Assembly: GCA_030583685.1 (NCBI GenBank)
Contig: CP129470.1
Coordinates: forward strand, 566,558-630,557
DNA: 64,000 bases
DNA from: Candidatus Dojkabacteria bacterium
Lineage (GTDB): Bacteria > Patescibacteriota > Dojkabacteria > GCA-002793355
Direction: 5' to 3'
In this document: one piece after another, positions 9,894-19,915 of the stretch
Position numbering within the stretch: the stretch's first letter is position 1
Layout of the letters: the number at the start of each line of letters is the position of its first letter
Notes under the pieces: generated by a model
Database searches by the model: none
Told to the model about the DNA's origin: nothing
What the model saw: the letters and a program-made list of their open reading frames with translations, nothing else
Position numbers and translations under genes: made by a program

Positions 9894-10583
9894 ATGTCCC
9901 CTTTTAATCAATACGTACCAAAAATAGATAAGCATCAAGTCAAATGGACTGGGGAGGGAAGATGTGTAGGTAAAAACTTGGTGACTAAGATTCGTGATGC
10001 TTTAGCACCTCTAGTGGGTGTGTTTGACGAGACTGTTACTGTAAAGGAACAAGGTTTTTTAAACCTAGGACATACTCCAAGGGTTACCGGTTGGATTTCC
10101 GATACTACTTATGAACTTGCATTGAGTATTCCGAGCCTCGATATGAATGGTGGTGTCAATATGAGAATTGAAATGGACGAACCTAATTTCATTATTAAAA
10201 TCAATGCATATAAAATAGGATGTCTAGACGATAATGACATCCCGTCAAGGAGACTCTTTCGGGCGTCAAGGGAAGTCACGCAAAAAAATGCGGAGAGAAC
10301 GATAACAAATTGTTTGATATTAACAAATCACTCCACCTTACTTAGACAGTATACGACAGCAGCATACTTTGAACCCAAAGCGATATATTATCGTGTCAAA
10401 TTTGACGAGAAAGGAGTTATTTCAACAATAAACGGCTTACCACCTTTGGAGGGTGACAAAGAAGCGATAATTCATGCAGGTGCCGGTATTATAAAGCAAT
10501 TTACTAGAAGCAGAGGGATAAAAGTAGATATGGATTTATTCGAAAATAGATTATTTAGTGGTGGTTCAGACTCTGCTTTGTAG
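9894..10583 (+). CDS. hypothetical cytoplasmic protein (229 aa), upstream partner of the 1025-aa ORF
   Basis: Clean ORF with no TM or signal and no recognisable motif. It ends 24 nt before the next gene. Confidence 0.5.
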   Translation: MSPFNQYVPKIDKHQVKWTGEGRCVGKNLVTKIRDALAPLVGVFDETVTVKEQGFLNLGHTPRVTGWISDTTYELALSIPSLDMNGGVNMRIEMDEPNFIIKINAYKIGCLDDNDIPSRRLFRASREVTQKNAERTITNCLILTNHSTLLRQYTTAAYFEPKAIYYRVKFDEKGVISTINGLPPLEGDKEAIIHAGAGIIKQFTRSRGIKVDMDLFENRLFSGGSDSAL

Positions 10584-10607
10584 TGATTTTTAAGGAGACA
10601 CGTCGCT

Positions 10608-13600
10608 GTGGTACAAAAATCGCAACCAGAATACAGCCCCACATACAAAGGTTCAATAAGAACGCCCTTGGGAACAATGTATCCTCCTCGTCGTTCATTA
10701 GGGACGGATACGTCTGAGACTTTAAATCTCGACGTCATGGTGGCACGGGCGATTTCTTCTTCTCCTGTGCACAGAAAGTTTGTTGAGGTTTTGAAACGAG
10801 CCGGTTTATATGCGCCTAAACCGAGAAAAACAGAAATAAGACCATACAAAAATTACGGTGATCTAATTCTGCGAAATATCGGGAAATCAAGATACATCCG
10901 CGATCGTATGATTGCTGCGGTTGCTCATGAATCGGAGAAAATGCAAGATCCAAGTTACGGGCTTTCTCTCCTCAGTTATGTCCTTGAAGAATATAAAGCT
11001 GAGTCAACCGTAGAAAGTACTTTTTACTCACCAAAGATTGAATTGTCTGGTGATGAAATTACAGATGTTCTTCAGAGAGCGACAAAACTTCGTAAAGAGA
11101 TTCAAGCAGGAGATGACTTGGCAATATCAGTTGGGAAAAGTTTCAATCAGTTCTTGCAGTGGTGCCAAGACAATAAAGATCTTGCCATGTGTGGCTTTCG
11201 AAGAATTGAAGGTATTACTCTTTCTCTCGGAGAAAAAAGGCCACTCCAGCTTTCTGCAGGGCTTGTAGACTTAGTAACATTCGATATTAGGCGTGGCTCT
11301 AAATTAACGCCAGAAGTACTGGAGCAATACATTGCACTAAGTGATGGAGCCAAAAATGGTAGGTCGGTGATTTCGCTCGAAGCAGTAATGGCAATGAGTC
11401 AAGACGAACAAGCAGCACTCGTTGCCCAAATAAATCAGAAACATAGGGGTTCAAAAAAACCTCGTTCGGGTGTTTCTTTTCAGCAGTTGCTTAACGACCC
11501 AACATTGCATGCACTTGTTGCATCAGGTGAAGTAGGAGTTCGACTGGTGGATTTTAAACAGCGAACGGTTGAGCCAACAGTGCAGACCAGGCGTGCAGAG
11601 GAAGTTCAACTCATGAAATATTATGTTGCAAGTTTTCCGAGATTATGTCGACAACCGGGAGAAAACATCCGAATAAAAGGGTTACATTTAGGTGCAGAAA
11701 TTGCCAGACATGTTGGTGCAGAAATACTTGAATTACAAGAAGGAACCTATACTCTCAGAGAGATAGTTGTTCCCGACCGAATGGCGCACGTATTGAATGG
11801 GGGGGATATTGGAAAACTTTACGAAGAGCTCCACGCATATGAGTATTGGAAGCAACTAAGAAAGGAGGGATTGAAGGACTTTTTTGAAGTTGCTGACGAA
11901 TCTGCATTTGAGACAAACACACTTCCTGACCGCATTAACCCAGAGAACATTCGTTTTGAGGATGCATTAGTTAAAATAATAGCTCGAACACCACAACGAA
12001 TTGAAGAGGAACGAGAATTATTCAGTGATTTAGTATCTGGAGCAACGCAACGTTTCGAGAAATATAACCAATCGTGGGATAGCAAAGATACCAACATAGT
12101 GATTCTTACTTCACTTTACAAACTCAATAGAAAATTATTGGATGGTATTTCGTACACAGATTTCTCCACGATAATCGAAGAACTGGGTAATCTTTCTACA
12201 CATATGAAACAATTGGAAAAAGAGCTCTTTCAAGATATTCAAGAACTGCATCTTCGCTATCTTGAAAAACTTGAAAATAAATATCACGAGCTTGCTCATT
12301 TTAGAAGTGTTGTCGAATCCGCAACAAAAACCGGAAATATTTCTTTTTATGATGTAATGCTCCTTCTCTATTCGAATATTACCGAGGATAGTAAGGTCAA
12401 TAAACCACTGACGAGACATCCTGACGGAACCATTGTGGTGTCGATGGAGTTGCCAAATATGCAAAAACCGTTTGCACTTATTATTCCCTACAACAGAAAC
12501 TATATTTATTTGTGTCAATCTGAGGATCCCGGAAGATTAATCGATGTTATCAAGCGACACAACGGTCCACCATATTCAGCTTTTGATGGAAGCGCATTTC
12601 GACATGCAAAAGTATTCGTCCATCAATATGACAAAGAGCTCATTGAACCAGTAAATATCATAAGAATGCTGTCATTTCTGTATCAGTTTACTGAAAGAGT
12701 AGATGTGCCGTTTGTTGTCGGAAATTATCTAGATACACTAGAAAAAGACGGTTTGTATAGAGTACTTTTTGATACAATTTCTCAGCGAGAACCAAGTAGC
12801 AAGCGGTTGCGTGAATTGGGATTGCCGCCAGTGTTACTCAATCGATTGGAGAATGTGAGATTCTCTTTGCAAGACGATGGAGAAGGAATCGAGTTATTGC
12901 GTCAGCAACACTTTACGGCGGAAGAATTAGTACAACTTGGTGTCTTACCACCAACTGCATCCATTTTTAACGAAAAACCAGTAAGATTTCCTACTGATAG
13001 AATGATAGTCCAGTTGAAGAGTATTCGACCCTTAAAAGACACAAAGGGGTTAAGGTCATTGCCAATCATTGGTCTTGCTTTGAGACCGTTTCAAACGGCA
13101 GCAACTGTGTCTCATCGAACAAAAAGTATAATTTGGCAAAGCAAGAGTGAAGGAACGAGTAGTGAGTCCGGTTTCTTTCAAATCGGCGACTTAAGCACTT
13201 CCCGTTCGGTGATCGTAGCGGGGAATATTCTTGATGCGATTACCTTACATATCATGGCTCGTATTGGAGGTGTTTCGACGGGCAAAACGTGTATACTGGC
13301 CCCAGCTGAACAAAATTATGGTGCATTAGCTGCTGATGTCGCAACAATTAGGAAAAACTTTCCGAGCATTGAGCATATAGAAGTATTGAGAGGGCAGTGG
13401 GCAACGAATATTCTGCAAGCAACTTTAGAAAGAGCCCCGACTCAGGGATTAATCAAGAATAAAGAAATCTCTGTTACTTTTTGGCAGTTAGTGAAAAATG
13501 CAGCCTCCTTGTTTCTGAGTGGTGTCGGTATACGGTCGCACACAACAGTTAGTGGCGCATGGCAAGAATTGCTGAAGAAGACTCAGGCTCATGTCCGCGA

Positions 13601-13685
13601 TGATGCCATAACATGGGAAAATGAAGAGACAGAGCGAAGCGTGATTCGTTTCCTGAGAAGTGTCTTGAACCCATTATGTTACTAA
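10608..13685 (+). CDS. large hypothetical cytoplasmic protein (1025 aa), no recognisable domain
   Basis: GTG start preceded by AAGGAG 8 nt upstream. The ORF is uninterrupted and soluble-looking with no TM segments. The only motif-like feature is GGVSTGKT near the C-terminus, which is probably fortuitous. Confidence 0.6.
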   Translation: MVQKSQPEYSPTYKGSIRTPLGTMYPPRRSLGTDTSETLNLDVMVARAISSSPVHRKFVEVLKRAGLYAPKPRKTEIRPYKNYGDLILRNIGKSRYIRDRMIAAVAHESEKMQDPSYGLSLLSYVLEEYKAESTVESTFYSPKIELSGDEITDVLQRATKLRKEIQAGDDLAISVGKSFNQFLQWCQDNKDLAMCGFRRIEGITLSLGEKRPLQLSAGLVDLVTFDIRRGSKLTPEVLEQYIALSDGAKNGRSVISLEAVMAMSQDEQAALVAQINQKHRGSKKPRSGVSFQQLLNDPTLHALVASGEVGVRLVDFKQRTVEPTVQTRRAEEVQLMKYYVASFPRLCRQPGENIRIKGLHLGAEIARHVGAEILELQEGTYTLREIVVPDRMAHVLNGGDIGKLYEELHAYEYWKQLRKEGLKDFFEVADESAFETNTLPDRINPENIRFEDALVKIIARTPQRIEEERELFSDLVSGATQRFEKYNQSWDSKDTNIVILTSLYKLNRKLLDGISYTDFSTIIEELGNLSTHMKQLEKELFQDIQELHLRYLEKLENKYHELAHFRSVVESATKTGNISFYDVMLLLYSNITEDSKVNKPLTRHPDGTIVVSMELPNMQKPFALIIPYNRNYIYLCQSEDPGRLIDVIKRHNGPPYSAFDGSAFRHAKVFVHQYDKELIEPVNIIRMLSFLYQFTERVDVPFVVGNYLDTLEKDGLYRVLFDTISQREPSSKRLRELGLPPVLLNRLENVRFSLQDDGEGIELLRQQHFTAEELVQLGVLPPTASIFNEKPVRFPTDRMIVQLKSIRPLKDTKGLRSLPIIGLALRPFQTAATVSHRTKSIIWQSKSEGTSSESGFFQIGDLSTSRSVIVAGNILDAITLHIMARIGGVSTGKTCILAPAEQNYGALAADVATIRKNFPSIEHIEVLRGQWATNILQATLERAPTQGLIKNKEISVTFWQLVKNAASLFLSGVGIRSHTTVSGAWQELLKKTQAHVRDDAITWENEETERSVIRFLRSVLNPLCY

Positions 13686-13698
13686 GGTATAGTTTGGA

Positions 13699-13971
13699 AT
13701 GAAAGCATTTTTACTACCTCTAACCGTGCCTACACTTTTGGCACTTTACGGTATTTTTTTCTCTGAAAAGCGAGAAGGCTATCAGATGATTGAGGGGATG
13801 TTGTTGCTCTTGATCGCTTTGGGTGGAGCATTTCTCGGAATGACACTCGCCTTTGTGTTGAGAAATCGCGGAGAATGGGCAAAAAGATGGTATGTTTCAA
13901 TTGGTTTCGGCGTACTCGGATGTTTGATAACATTCCTCGCTCTGTATGTGTATGCGCAAGTAACGGTTTAG
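13699..13971 (+). CDS. small membrane protein (2-3 TM), unknown function
   Basis: The 90-aa ORF is almost entirely hydrophobic helices. Confidence 0.4.
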   Translation: MKAFLLPLTVPTLLALYGIFFSEKREGYQMIEGMLLLLIALGGAFLGMTLAFVLRNRGEWAKRWYVSIGFGVLGCLITFLALYVYAQVTV

Positions 13972-15248
13972 AAATCTCCAAATCCGAGTGGTGCGGTAGG
14001 AACAGGAGTCTCTTGCATGCCAGGAGCACTGAACATTGTTGATCCGAGTGACCCAAGAAGTTGCATGAGATCGATAGAATCTGTTGGCTCGGTTATATCA
14101 ACCGATTGATTATGCCGTTTCAGGTCAAGCGAAAGTTTTGCAGAATTTCCGTTTCTTATGTCAAAAGTAGCAGTCAGTTTGTGTACAAAGTAGGTCGATT
14201 TACTAATGAGAATTTCGCCAGAAATTTTGTTGAAACTGTTGATAAACTCTGTAAGTTCTTCATTTGATGCCTGCTCTTCAAAGATAATTTCGGACATTTC
14301 TGCATAGACTTCCATAAACTTCTCTTTGTCGACGTCGTACCTGTAGTGATACATAGGCTCTCCATTAAGGGTATCGTCGTCAAGTTTTGTTATATTCAGA
14401 GTACTATACATTTTTACCGAAAGAGCCATGAGTTTCGCCTGCTTTTCTTTCGAAATTTCTGAAGATTTTTTAAGTATTGCAATTTCGTCTTCTGACATTC
14501 CTGATTCACGATACAAATTTTCTAGTTGAGTAGAATCGATATGGAACCATGAGTTAAAGAGAAATCCCATTTCATCAATAATCTCTGTATTTCCGATAGA
14601 TATTTTGGTATACATTCGGGTTGGTGTTGTAATGAAGTCGATGCTTGCAGAAGGAAGTTCAAGTTCCCTCGTAAGTTCTGGGCTAGAAAGATTAAGTTTC
14701 ATTCTTTGTGTTTCAGGAGTAATCCCGGAAACAGCACCGTTACCCAAGATGGTATACGAATCAGTTGGACCAGCTGCGTGTAAAGTAAAAGAAAATTCTG
14801 ATGAGGTGACATCTTCCATCGCTTTGACGGTCCTTGCGAGCACTTGTGCGGGAAGTTGCATGTAATAGGCATATGCACCTGCCCCAAGGACGCTGAGGAA
14901 AAGTATTCCCGCAACGAGCCCCGCAATAAGTTTCGTGGGGAAAGATTTCTTTGGTGTATCAGTTGCTTTTACAACAGTATCTGATTGCGAAAGTGTAGAA
15001 GGATTCATTCCGGATGTCTTTTCTGTTGTGTCCGCAATTGGGGACACTGGAGTTTGCTGTTCTGGGACAGCAGGTTGTTCTGGAACGGCTGCTGTTTGTC
15101 CTTGCAGTGTTTTAAAGATTTCGTCGATAATCGATTGTTGCCAACCTGATTGTTGCAGCGCGTGTCTTATTTGGTCGTCAGAGGCACCGTGCTTTCGCTG
15201 TTCCCTGACATATGTGAGAATCTCGGGAGTAACCATCAATGGTATCAA
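13968..15248 (-). CDS. membrane-anchored protein with conserved short N-terminal cytoplasmic domain (shared with ORF 20361..21008) and large extracytoplasmic domain
   Basis: The N-terminus ILTYVREQRKHGASDDQIRHALQQSGWQQSIIDEIF is followed by a P/T/Q linker, one TM (LIAGLVAGILFLSVLGAGAYAYY), then a roughly 300-aa domain. Confidence 0.5.
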   Translation of the reverse strand: MIPLMVTPEILTYVREQRKHGASDDQIRHALQQSGWQQSIIDEIFKTLQGQTAAVPEQPAVPEQQTPVSPIADTTEKTSGMNPSTLSQSDTVVKATDTPKKSFPTKLIAGLVAGILFLSVLGAGAYAYYMQLPAQVLARTVKAMEDVTSSEFSFTLHAAGPTDSYTILGNGAVSGITPETQRMKLNLSSPELTRELELPSASIDFITTPTRMYTKISIGNTEIIDEMGFLFNSWFHIDSTQLENLYRESGMSEDEIAILKKSSEISKEKQAKLMALSVKMYSTLNITKLDDDTLNGEPMYHYRYDVDKEKFMEVYAEMSEIIFEEQASNEELTEFINSFNKISGEILISKSTYFVHKLTATFDIRNGNSAKLSLDLKRHNQSVDITEPTDSIDLMQLLGSLGSTMFSAPGMQETPVPTAPLGFGDF

Positions 15249-15293
15249 GTAAACTTATCCCTTCATAATATTAAAAACACCGAAGAAATGCAA

Positions 15294-16742
15294 CTAAAAT
15301 ATGAGAAGAATGAGTGACGTGAGGAGCAAGAGGACTCCTGAAATGAGCGAAGTCCATCGTGAAAGCCCTTGAACATGGGTAATCATCTTGTCTTTAAACA
15401 GGTGAACAAAATACGCAAACCCGAGAAGCACAAGAAACGCACCAATACCAAATGCAATAACAGCAGGAAGTAAAAGCCACAGTGCTCCCGTGGAAACAAT
15501 AAGCACAAAAATTGTCCAACCCATGATACACGGAGCAAGGCCAGAGACAAATGCAACCATCAGCTGCTCCTTATGAATAGTAGTGAATAACCCTTTCTTT
15601 TTTCTAGGAGTGAACTCTGTTCTGATATTATCTGTTTTAAGAAACTGGGTAACATCTTTTTTTGATTCCGGAGGATTTTGCTTGTCGCTGCTCTGTTTGC
15701 GTTTCTTTCTGAGAAGAAGTAATTCCTTGATGACAATAAAGAGTGACAGCCCGACCAGTGTATAGGCAGCAATTGTTTGGAGGGAGGGGATACGAGTGTA
15801 CAGATTGATTTGTTCCCCGAAGATAAGGAGCCCGAGCGCCAATATGATAATGTCCGACATATGGGTTATCGTGAAAATGAGTACATACAATAAGCTTCCT
15901 TTGAAATCAATTTCTTGTTTGAGCATCATGGTCGCAAGAATGATTTTGTTATGACCGCCCTCTAAACTATGGAGACCTCCAATAATGGTAATAATCAGAA
16001 GCAATAAAAGAATTGCTCCAACAGATCGATCCTTTAATAAGTCGGCTACTCTAAATAACAGCGCATCGTTGTTTTTTTGGGTAAATGAAGCCCAGTCTAT
16101 ATCGGGAAAAGTAAATTTCTTGTTGGTGGGTGGCGGTGACTCGAGTGTATCTCGGTTAAGTGATTGTTCTGTGGCAGAAAGAAGACCGTTCTTCCGTGAG
16201 ATTACAAGAAATTGGGTGGGAGAACTTTGTAACGAGGTCGCAATAATATTGCTTTCCCCCTGTCTAACGACAACAGTATTTTGAGCGTCTGCTTGTTTGT
16301 CAAAAAATAGAGAATTGTTCACGAAAAGTTGTGAAATTTCTGAAGAGCAGGTGACAGTAACATAAAATTGTGTCCCGTTAATGTAAAAAACCTCTTCTCC
16401 TGTGGTCGAATACAAATTTGGTACAACCTCACATTTTTGGCGATTATTGAATATATGAAGGGATTCTGTTGCATAAGTTTCAAGAAATTCCCGGTGATTC
16501 TCTAATTCCTGATATGTATTCTGAGCGGAATTTTCCATCCCAAGAAGAATTGCTGTGTCGTACGCATTAATTTGTAAATACCCCATTAATGCATTTGTTG
16601 CAAGAGGTTTATCTTGATGGTCTCGCTCAACTTGCAATAAAAGGAAAGAATTATCCTGAGGGTGGGCAGAAACAGCAGGGATTGTGTATCGCGCGAACAA
16701 AGCAAGAAGAGTGAGTAAGAGCAAGGAAAGCACTTGTTTCAT
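15294..16742 (-). CDS. membrane protein with signal peptide, periplasmic domain and C-terminal RcnA/NicO-like metal-transporter motif (HxxxPGHGK-type)
   Basis: Signal peptide, then about 230 aa of soluble sequence, then a TM region containing GGLHSLEGGHNKI, which resembles the conserved G-x-H-x-L-x-P-G-H-G-K of Ni/Co efflux RcnA-family proteins. Confidence 0.4.
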   Translation of the reverse strand: MKQVLSLLLLTLLALFARYTIPAVSAHPQDNSFLLLQVERDHQDKPLATNALMGYLQINAYDTAILLGMENSAQNTYQELENHREFLETYATESLHIFNNRQKCEVVPNLYSTTGEEVFYINGTQFYVTVTCSSEISQLFVNNSLFFDKQADAQNTVVVRQGESNIIATSLQSSPTQFLVISRKNGLLSATEQSLNRDTLESPPPTNKKFTFPDIDWASFTQKNNDALLFRVADLLKDRSVGAILLLLLIITIIGGLHSLEGGHNKIILATMMLKQEIDFKGSLLYVLIFTITHMSDIIILALGLLIFGEQINLYTRIPSLQTIAAYTLVGLSLFIVIKELLLLRKKRKQSSDKQNPPESKKDVTQFLKTDNIRTEFTPRKKKGLFTTIHKEQLMVAFVSGLAPCIMGWTIFVLIVSTGALWLLLPAVIAFGIGAFLVLLGFAYFVHLFKDKMITHVQGLSRWTSLISGVLLLLTSLILLIF

Positions 16743-17464
16743 ACCAGTGAGGAGGTAAATTCAGTATCGACAGATTTTGGATCATTGCCAAAAAATATTC
16801 CGGGGCCTTTCTTTGCTTGTGGAATTTCGTCGTGGGCATCAGTAAGTCCGATTTCACGAGCATCAATAACACTATAGAAAGGATACTGCTTATGTGAGGC
16901 GAGTACTGCGTTGTAGTATCGTGAAAATGAAGTTTCGAGAAGTGATGTGTGTGCGGATTTTGGAATTGTTCCTAAGTCCTCGTCATTTTCAGTAAGAAGC
17001 GTACCCACGTTGTAAATACCTGCATGTACCCATGAGTTGTGGTGATGAATGTGCTTCACTGCTGGAGTGAATGAGATTCTAATATCTGCATCAGACCACG
17101 TTTTTGGAAGAAAGAATGTATGAGAGGAGGATGAAATCCTATGTCGAATCTCTTTGTTAGCTTGGGCAAGTGTTAGCTTATGGGTGAATAAGAGATCAAA
17201 GTTATCTGTGAGTATACTGGTTGACCAAGCAATATCTGCGAATTCTGCTTCGAGCAAAGTAATCGTGCCGGAGTATTTCTTTCTGAGAGCGGTAACAAAT
17301 TGCGAAAACGTAGTTATATCGGTGGTATGAGGATACGGAAATATTCCGAGAAAATTTGTTTTGATGACGAGTGTTGTCGTTTTGGAATGAGCGATACCAG
17401 CCAGTAGGTCAACAACTATAGTATCTGCCTCAAAGGCGTCGGTTCTCATTGGTAATTGTAGCAT
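16739..17464 (-). CDS. DUF362-like protein
   Basis: LVIKTNFLGIFPYPHTTDITT resembles the DUF362 core (hhKPNhh...TTdP). Low-confidence family call. Confidence 0.35.
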   Translation of the reverse strand: MLQLPMRTDAFEADTIVVDLLAGIAHSKTTTLVIKTNFLGIFPYPHTTDITTFSQFVTALRKKYSGTITLLEAEFADIAWSTSILTDNFDLLFTHKLTLAQANKEIRHRISSSSHTFFLPKTWSDADIRISFTPAVKHIHHHNSWVHAGIYNVGTLLTENDEDLGTIPKSAHTSLLETSFSRYYNAVLASHKQYPFYSVIDAREIGLTDAHDEIPQAKKGPGIFFGNDPKSVDTEFTSSLV

Positions 17465-17472
17465 GGGACGAG

Positions 17473-17931
17473 TTATCCTTTGAAAAACTCTTCACGCTGC
17501 TGAAATGTTTTGAACAATACTCTTTTTTCCTGTTCCCATTCGGAAAGTAAATGTTTCAGGTGAATTTCTTCCCTACTTGAGTATCGTACAGGAAGTTTAC
17601 TCACATAGATTCCTATTTCAAGTTGCTCAGTGAATTTTTCGATTTCTGCAGGGTCGGTAATTTTATAAAGCAGTAGTCTTGTCTCTGGGTCCAACTTTTG
17701 TTCGCTTGTAATTTGCCAACCGTTTCCTTTTAAACGTGTAAGTCTTGTTAATATATTTCTGCTGACGACTGCAAAAACTTGAGCTGTGGTTAAGGAAGTT
17801 GTCGCAATCACTGAGTGCGCATACTCATCTGTCACATATAGATTAAGTACTGGTGGTACGGGAAGAAGAGGAAGTATGCCGTCATTGTGTCTGGAGCTTC
17901 TCCCGACATAGAGGACTTGTGGTTGTCCCAT
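17473..17931 (-). CDS. hypothetical protein (152 aa)
   Basis: Clean ORF in an operon with the NYN-domain gene. No motif recognised. Confidence 0.4.
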   Translation of the reverse strand: MGQPQVLYVGRSSRHNDGILPLLPVPPVLNLYVTDEYAHSVIATTSLTTAQVFAVVSRNILTRLTRLKGNGWQITSEQKLDPETRLLLYKITDPAEIEKFTEQLEIGIYVSKLPVRYSSREEIHLKHLLSEWEQEKRVLFKTFQQREEFFKG

Positions 17932-17932
17932 C

Positions 17933-18469
17933 TTACCCTTTTCGCTGTGTCATTCTGCCTCGTTTTGGTTTGAAAAGAACAGAAGAAACTTGATCATCTA
18001 AATTGATAAAATCGTCGGCGATTTCGCGGAGTTGCTTGTTCGAGGTTTTCCCGAAAGCGGCAACTTCAACTAAACACCCAAGTGATTGTTGTAGATAATT
18101 CACGACGGGAACATAATCTCCATCACCAGAGCAGAGGATTATTGAATCAACTTTATGCCCCAGACGGATTGCATCCATAGCGATGCCAAGATCCCAGTCG
18201 CCTTTCATTGCACCATCTGCAAACACTTGCAGATCTTTTTCTTTCACTTCAAACCCTGCTGAGTTGATTGCCTCAAGAAATGTGTCTTCTGTGCGTTGCG
18301 GTGTTCTGATGACATACGCAATTGCGCGGGTCAAAACACGGTTTTGTACGCAGAGCGAAAGAAGATTCTTGTAGGAAACGTGTGCTTGATACGCACTTTT
18401 TGCAGAATAATATAAATTCTGCACGTCGACTAGCACAGCGACGCGTTGTTGTTGGTTTCGATAAATCAT
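17933..18469 (-). CDS. NYN-domain (LabA-like PIN nuclease fold) protein
   Basis: VAVLVDVQNLYYSA, then the acidic cluster IILCSGDGDYVPVV, characteristic of NYN/LabA proteins. Confidence 0.7.
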   Translation of the reverse strand: MIYRNQQQRVAVLVDVQNLYYSAKSAYQAHVSYKNLLSLCVQNRVLTRAIAYVIRTPQRTEDTFLEAINSAGFEVKEKDLQVFADGAMKGDWDLGIAMDAIRLGHKVDSIILCSGDGDYVPVVNYLQQSLGCLVEVAAFGKTSNKQLREIADDFINLDDQVSSVLFKPKRGRMTQRKG

Positions 18470-18505
18470 ACAAGATTATAGCAGGAAAAGTTGGTATAAT
18501 TCTGT

Positions 18506-19912
18506 ATGTCATTATTACGGCATATAGCTGAAGTGGAATCCAAAAAACAAGAATACATAAGAGAATCGTTGCCTAAGCCTGACTTAATGAAATCACCCTT
18601 TCAAGAAAAACCAATAGTCGACGGTCCACTTCCCGAAAATATTACCTTACTCACAGATACCCATCTCGATTCTGGGCCTGGAAGACTAGGTCCCAATGTG
18701 GGAAAAGGATTTGGATGGGGGGCATTACGAAAAGCATATAGACGAATCGTTCAGTCGAATACCATCGCACTACATACGATCAGAAAAAATGTAGAAAAAC
18801 ATCTCAAAGAAAGTTCACTTTTTATCCATGGTGGAGACATTACAGATGCAATGACTGCGCATGGAGTTGTTTTTGATTTGGCAAAGCTTGAAGAGTATCT
18901 TCGAAATCGCGAAAGAAATAGCGATAAAAATAAACCTGATAATGCAGTAACAGAGCGGTTCTCAATTTGGATTTTAGGAAATCACGATACAGATTTTGGT
19001 GGCGCTGATTTTCTTGCTCGATATCCCGCTGTCAAAATGAAGTATGGAGAAATGAGCTTGAACGGATATAAGAATTTGTTAGAGCACATTAAAAAGGATG
19101 CGAGTTTCCATCAAATACAGAGAAGGATGATTTCAGAATATCCTGGCGGCATCAAGCCTGAAGACGTACGGGCAATACACCCTGCGTTGCGTTGGTATCT
19201 AATGAGGTCATATTTTGGTCCTGCTATAGGTGCCTTCGTTGATGAGAAGAAGAAAGAGCAGGTATATTTTCTTGACTCAGAACTTGATTCTAAATCTGGG
19301 TCAGTTGCAACTCTTGATAAGGTTTTGAAAAAGTCTTTAGGGTTACATGAAAAAGACTCTGTATTATATGAGGAGATATTAGGGACAAGAAAAGCTGATG
19401 CGGAAAAGCAAGAGAAACTTATTGAACATTTGTTTGCAAAGAGCGTCTTTCAGGATGAGAGAATTGCTGTCTATGCGCATGATCCTGTAAAAATGCAGGA
19501 AGTCCTTATTAAGAAGTACGCAGAAAGAAATAAACACATAGCGTATGAAAAAGTCGTTTCTTACATTCAATCGCGTTTCACTGTGTATGGTGGTCACTGG
19601 CATACAAACGAGGATGGGTCTGCTAAGAAATGGAACAGGAAAGGTGTTCAGTGGTTTGGCGGTGTTAGCCGTAACAGAGCATTTAACACTGCCGCTCACC
19701 CCGTGGGGAGTAAGGCAAAAATGACAGATTTACCCTATTCAACAGACAAGCAGGATGGTGTACCGGTAGTGCATGGGTCACTGCTTAATCCTAGAAGTGA
19801 GTATATATCCTCTATGAAGATTAATAATGAGAGAAAGAGGCTAGATCCTACCCGGTCTGATCCGGATGCTATAAATAAACGCTTGGTTCGATTAATGACA
19901 ACTCGTCAATAA
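18506..19912 (+). CDS. calcineurin-like metallophosphoesterase, large (468 aa)
   Basis: Phosphoesterase signature motifs appear in order: DTHLD, GGDITD, GNHD, GGHWH. Confidence 0.65.
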   Translation: MSLLRHIAEVESKKQEYIRESLPKPDLMKSPFQEKPIVDGPLPENITLLTDTHLDSGPGRLGPNVGKGFGWGALRKAYRRIVQSNTIALHTIRKNVEKHLKESSLFIHGGDITDAMTAHGVVFDLAKLEEYLRNRERNSDKNKPDNAVTERFSIWILGNHDTDFGGADFLARYPAVKMKYGEMSLNGYKNLLEHIKKDASFHQIQRRMISEYPGGIKPEDVRAIHPALRWYLMRSYFGPAIGAFVDEKKKEQVYFLDSELDSKSGSVATLDKVLKKSLGLHEKDSVLYEEILGTRKADAEKQEKLIEHLFAKSVFQDERIAVYAHDPVKMQEVLIKKYAERNKHIAYEKVVSYIQSRFTVYGGHWHTNEDGSAKKWNRKGVQWFGGVSRNRAFNTAAHPVGSKAKMTDLPYSTDKQDGVPVVHGSLLNPRSEYISSMKINNERKRLDPTRSDPDAINKRLVRLMTTRQ

Positions 19913-19915
19913 TAA

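Noticed and set aside
13230-13260. GGVSTGKT Walker-A-like string near the C-terminus of the 1025-aa protein
   Set aside because: There is no Walker B or other NTPase elements within the remaining roughly 140 aa, so it is likely fortuitous.
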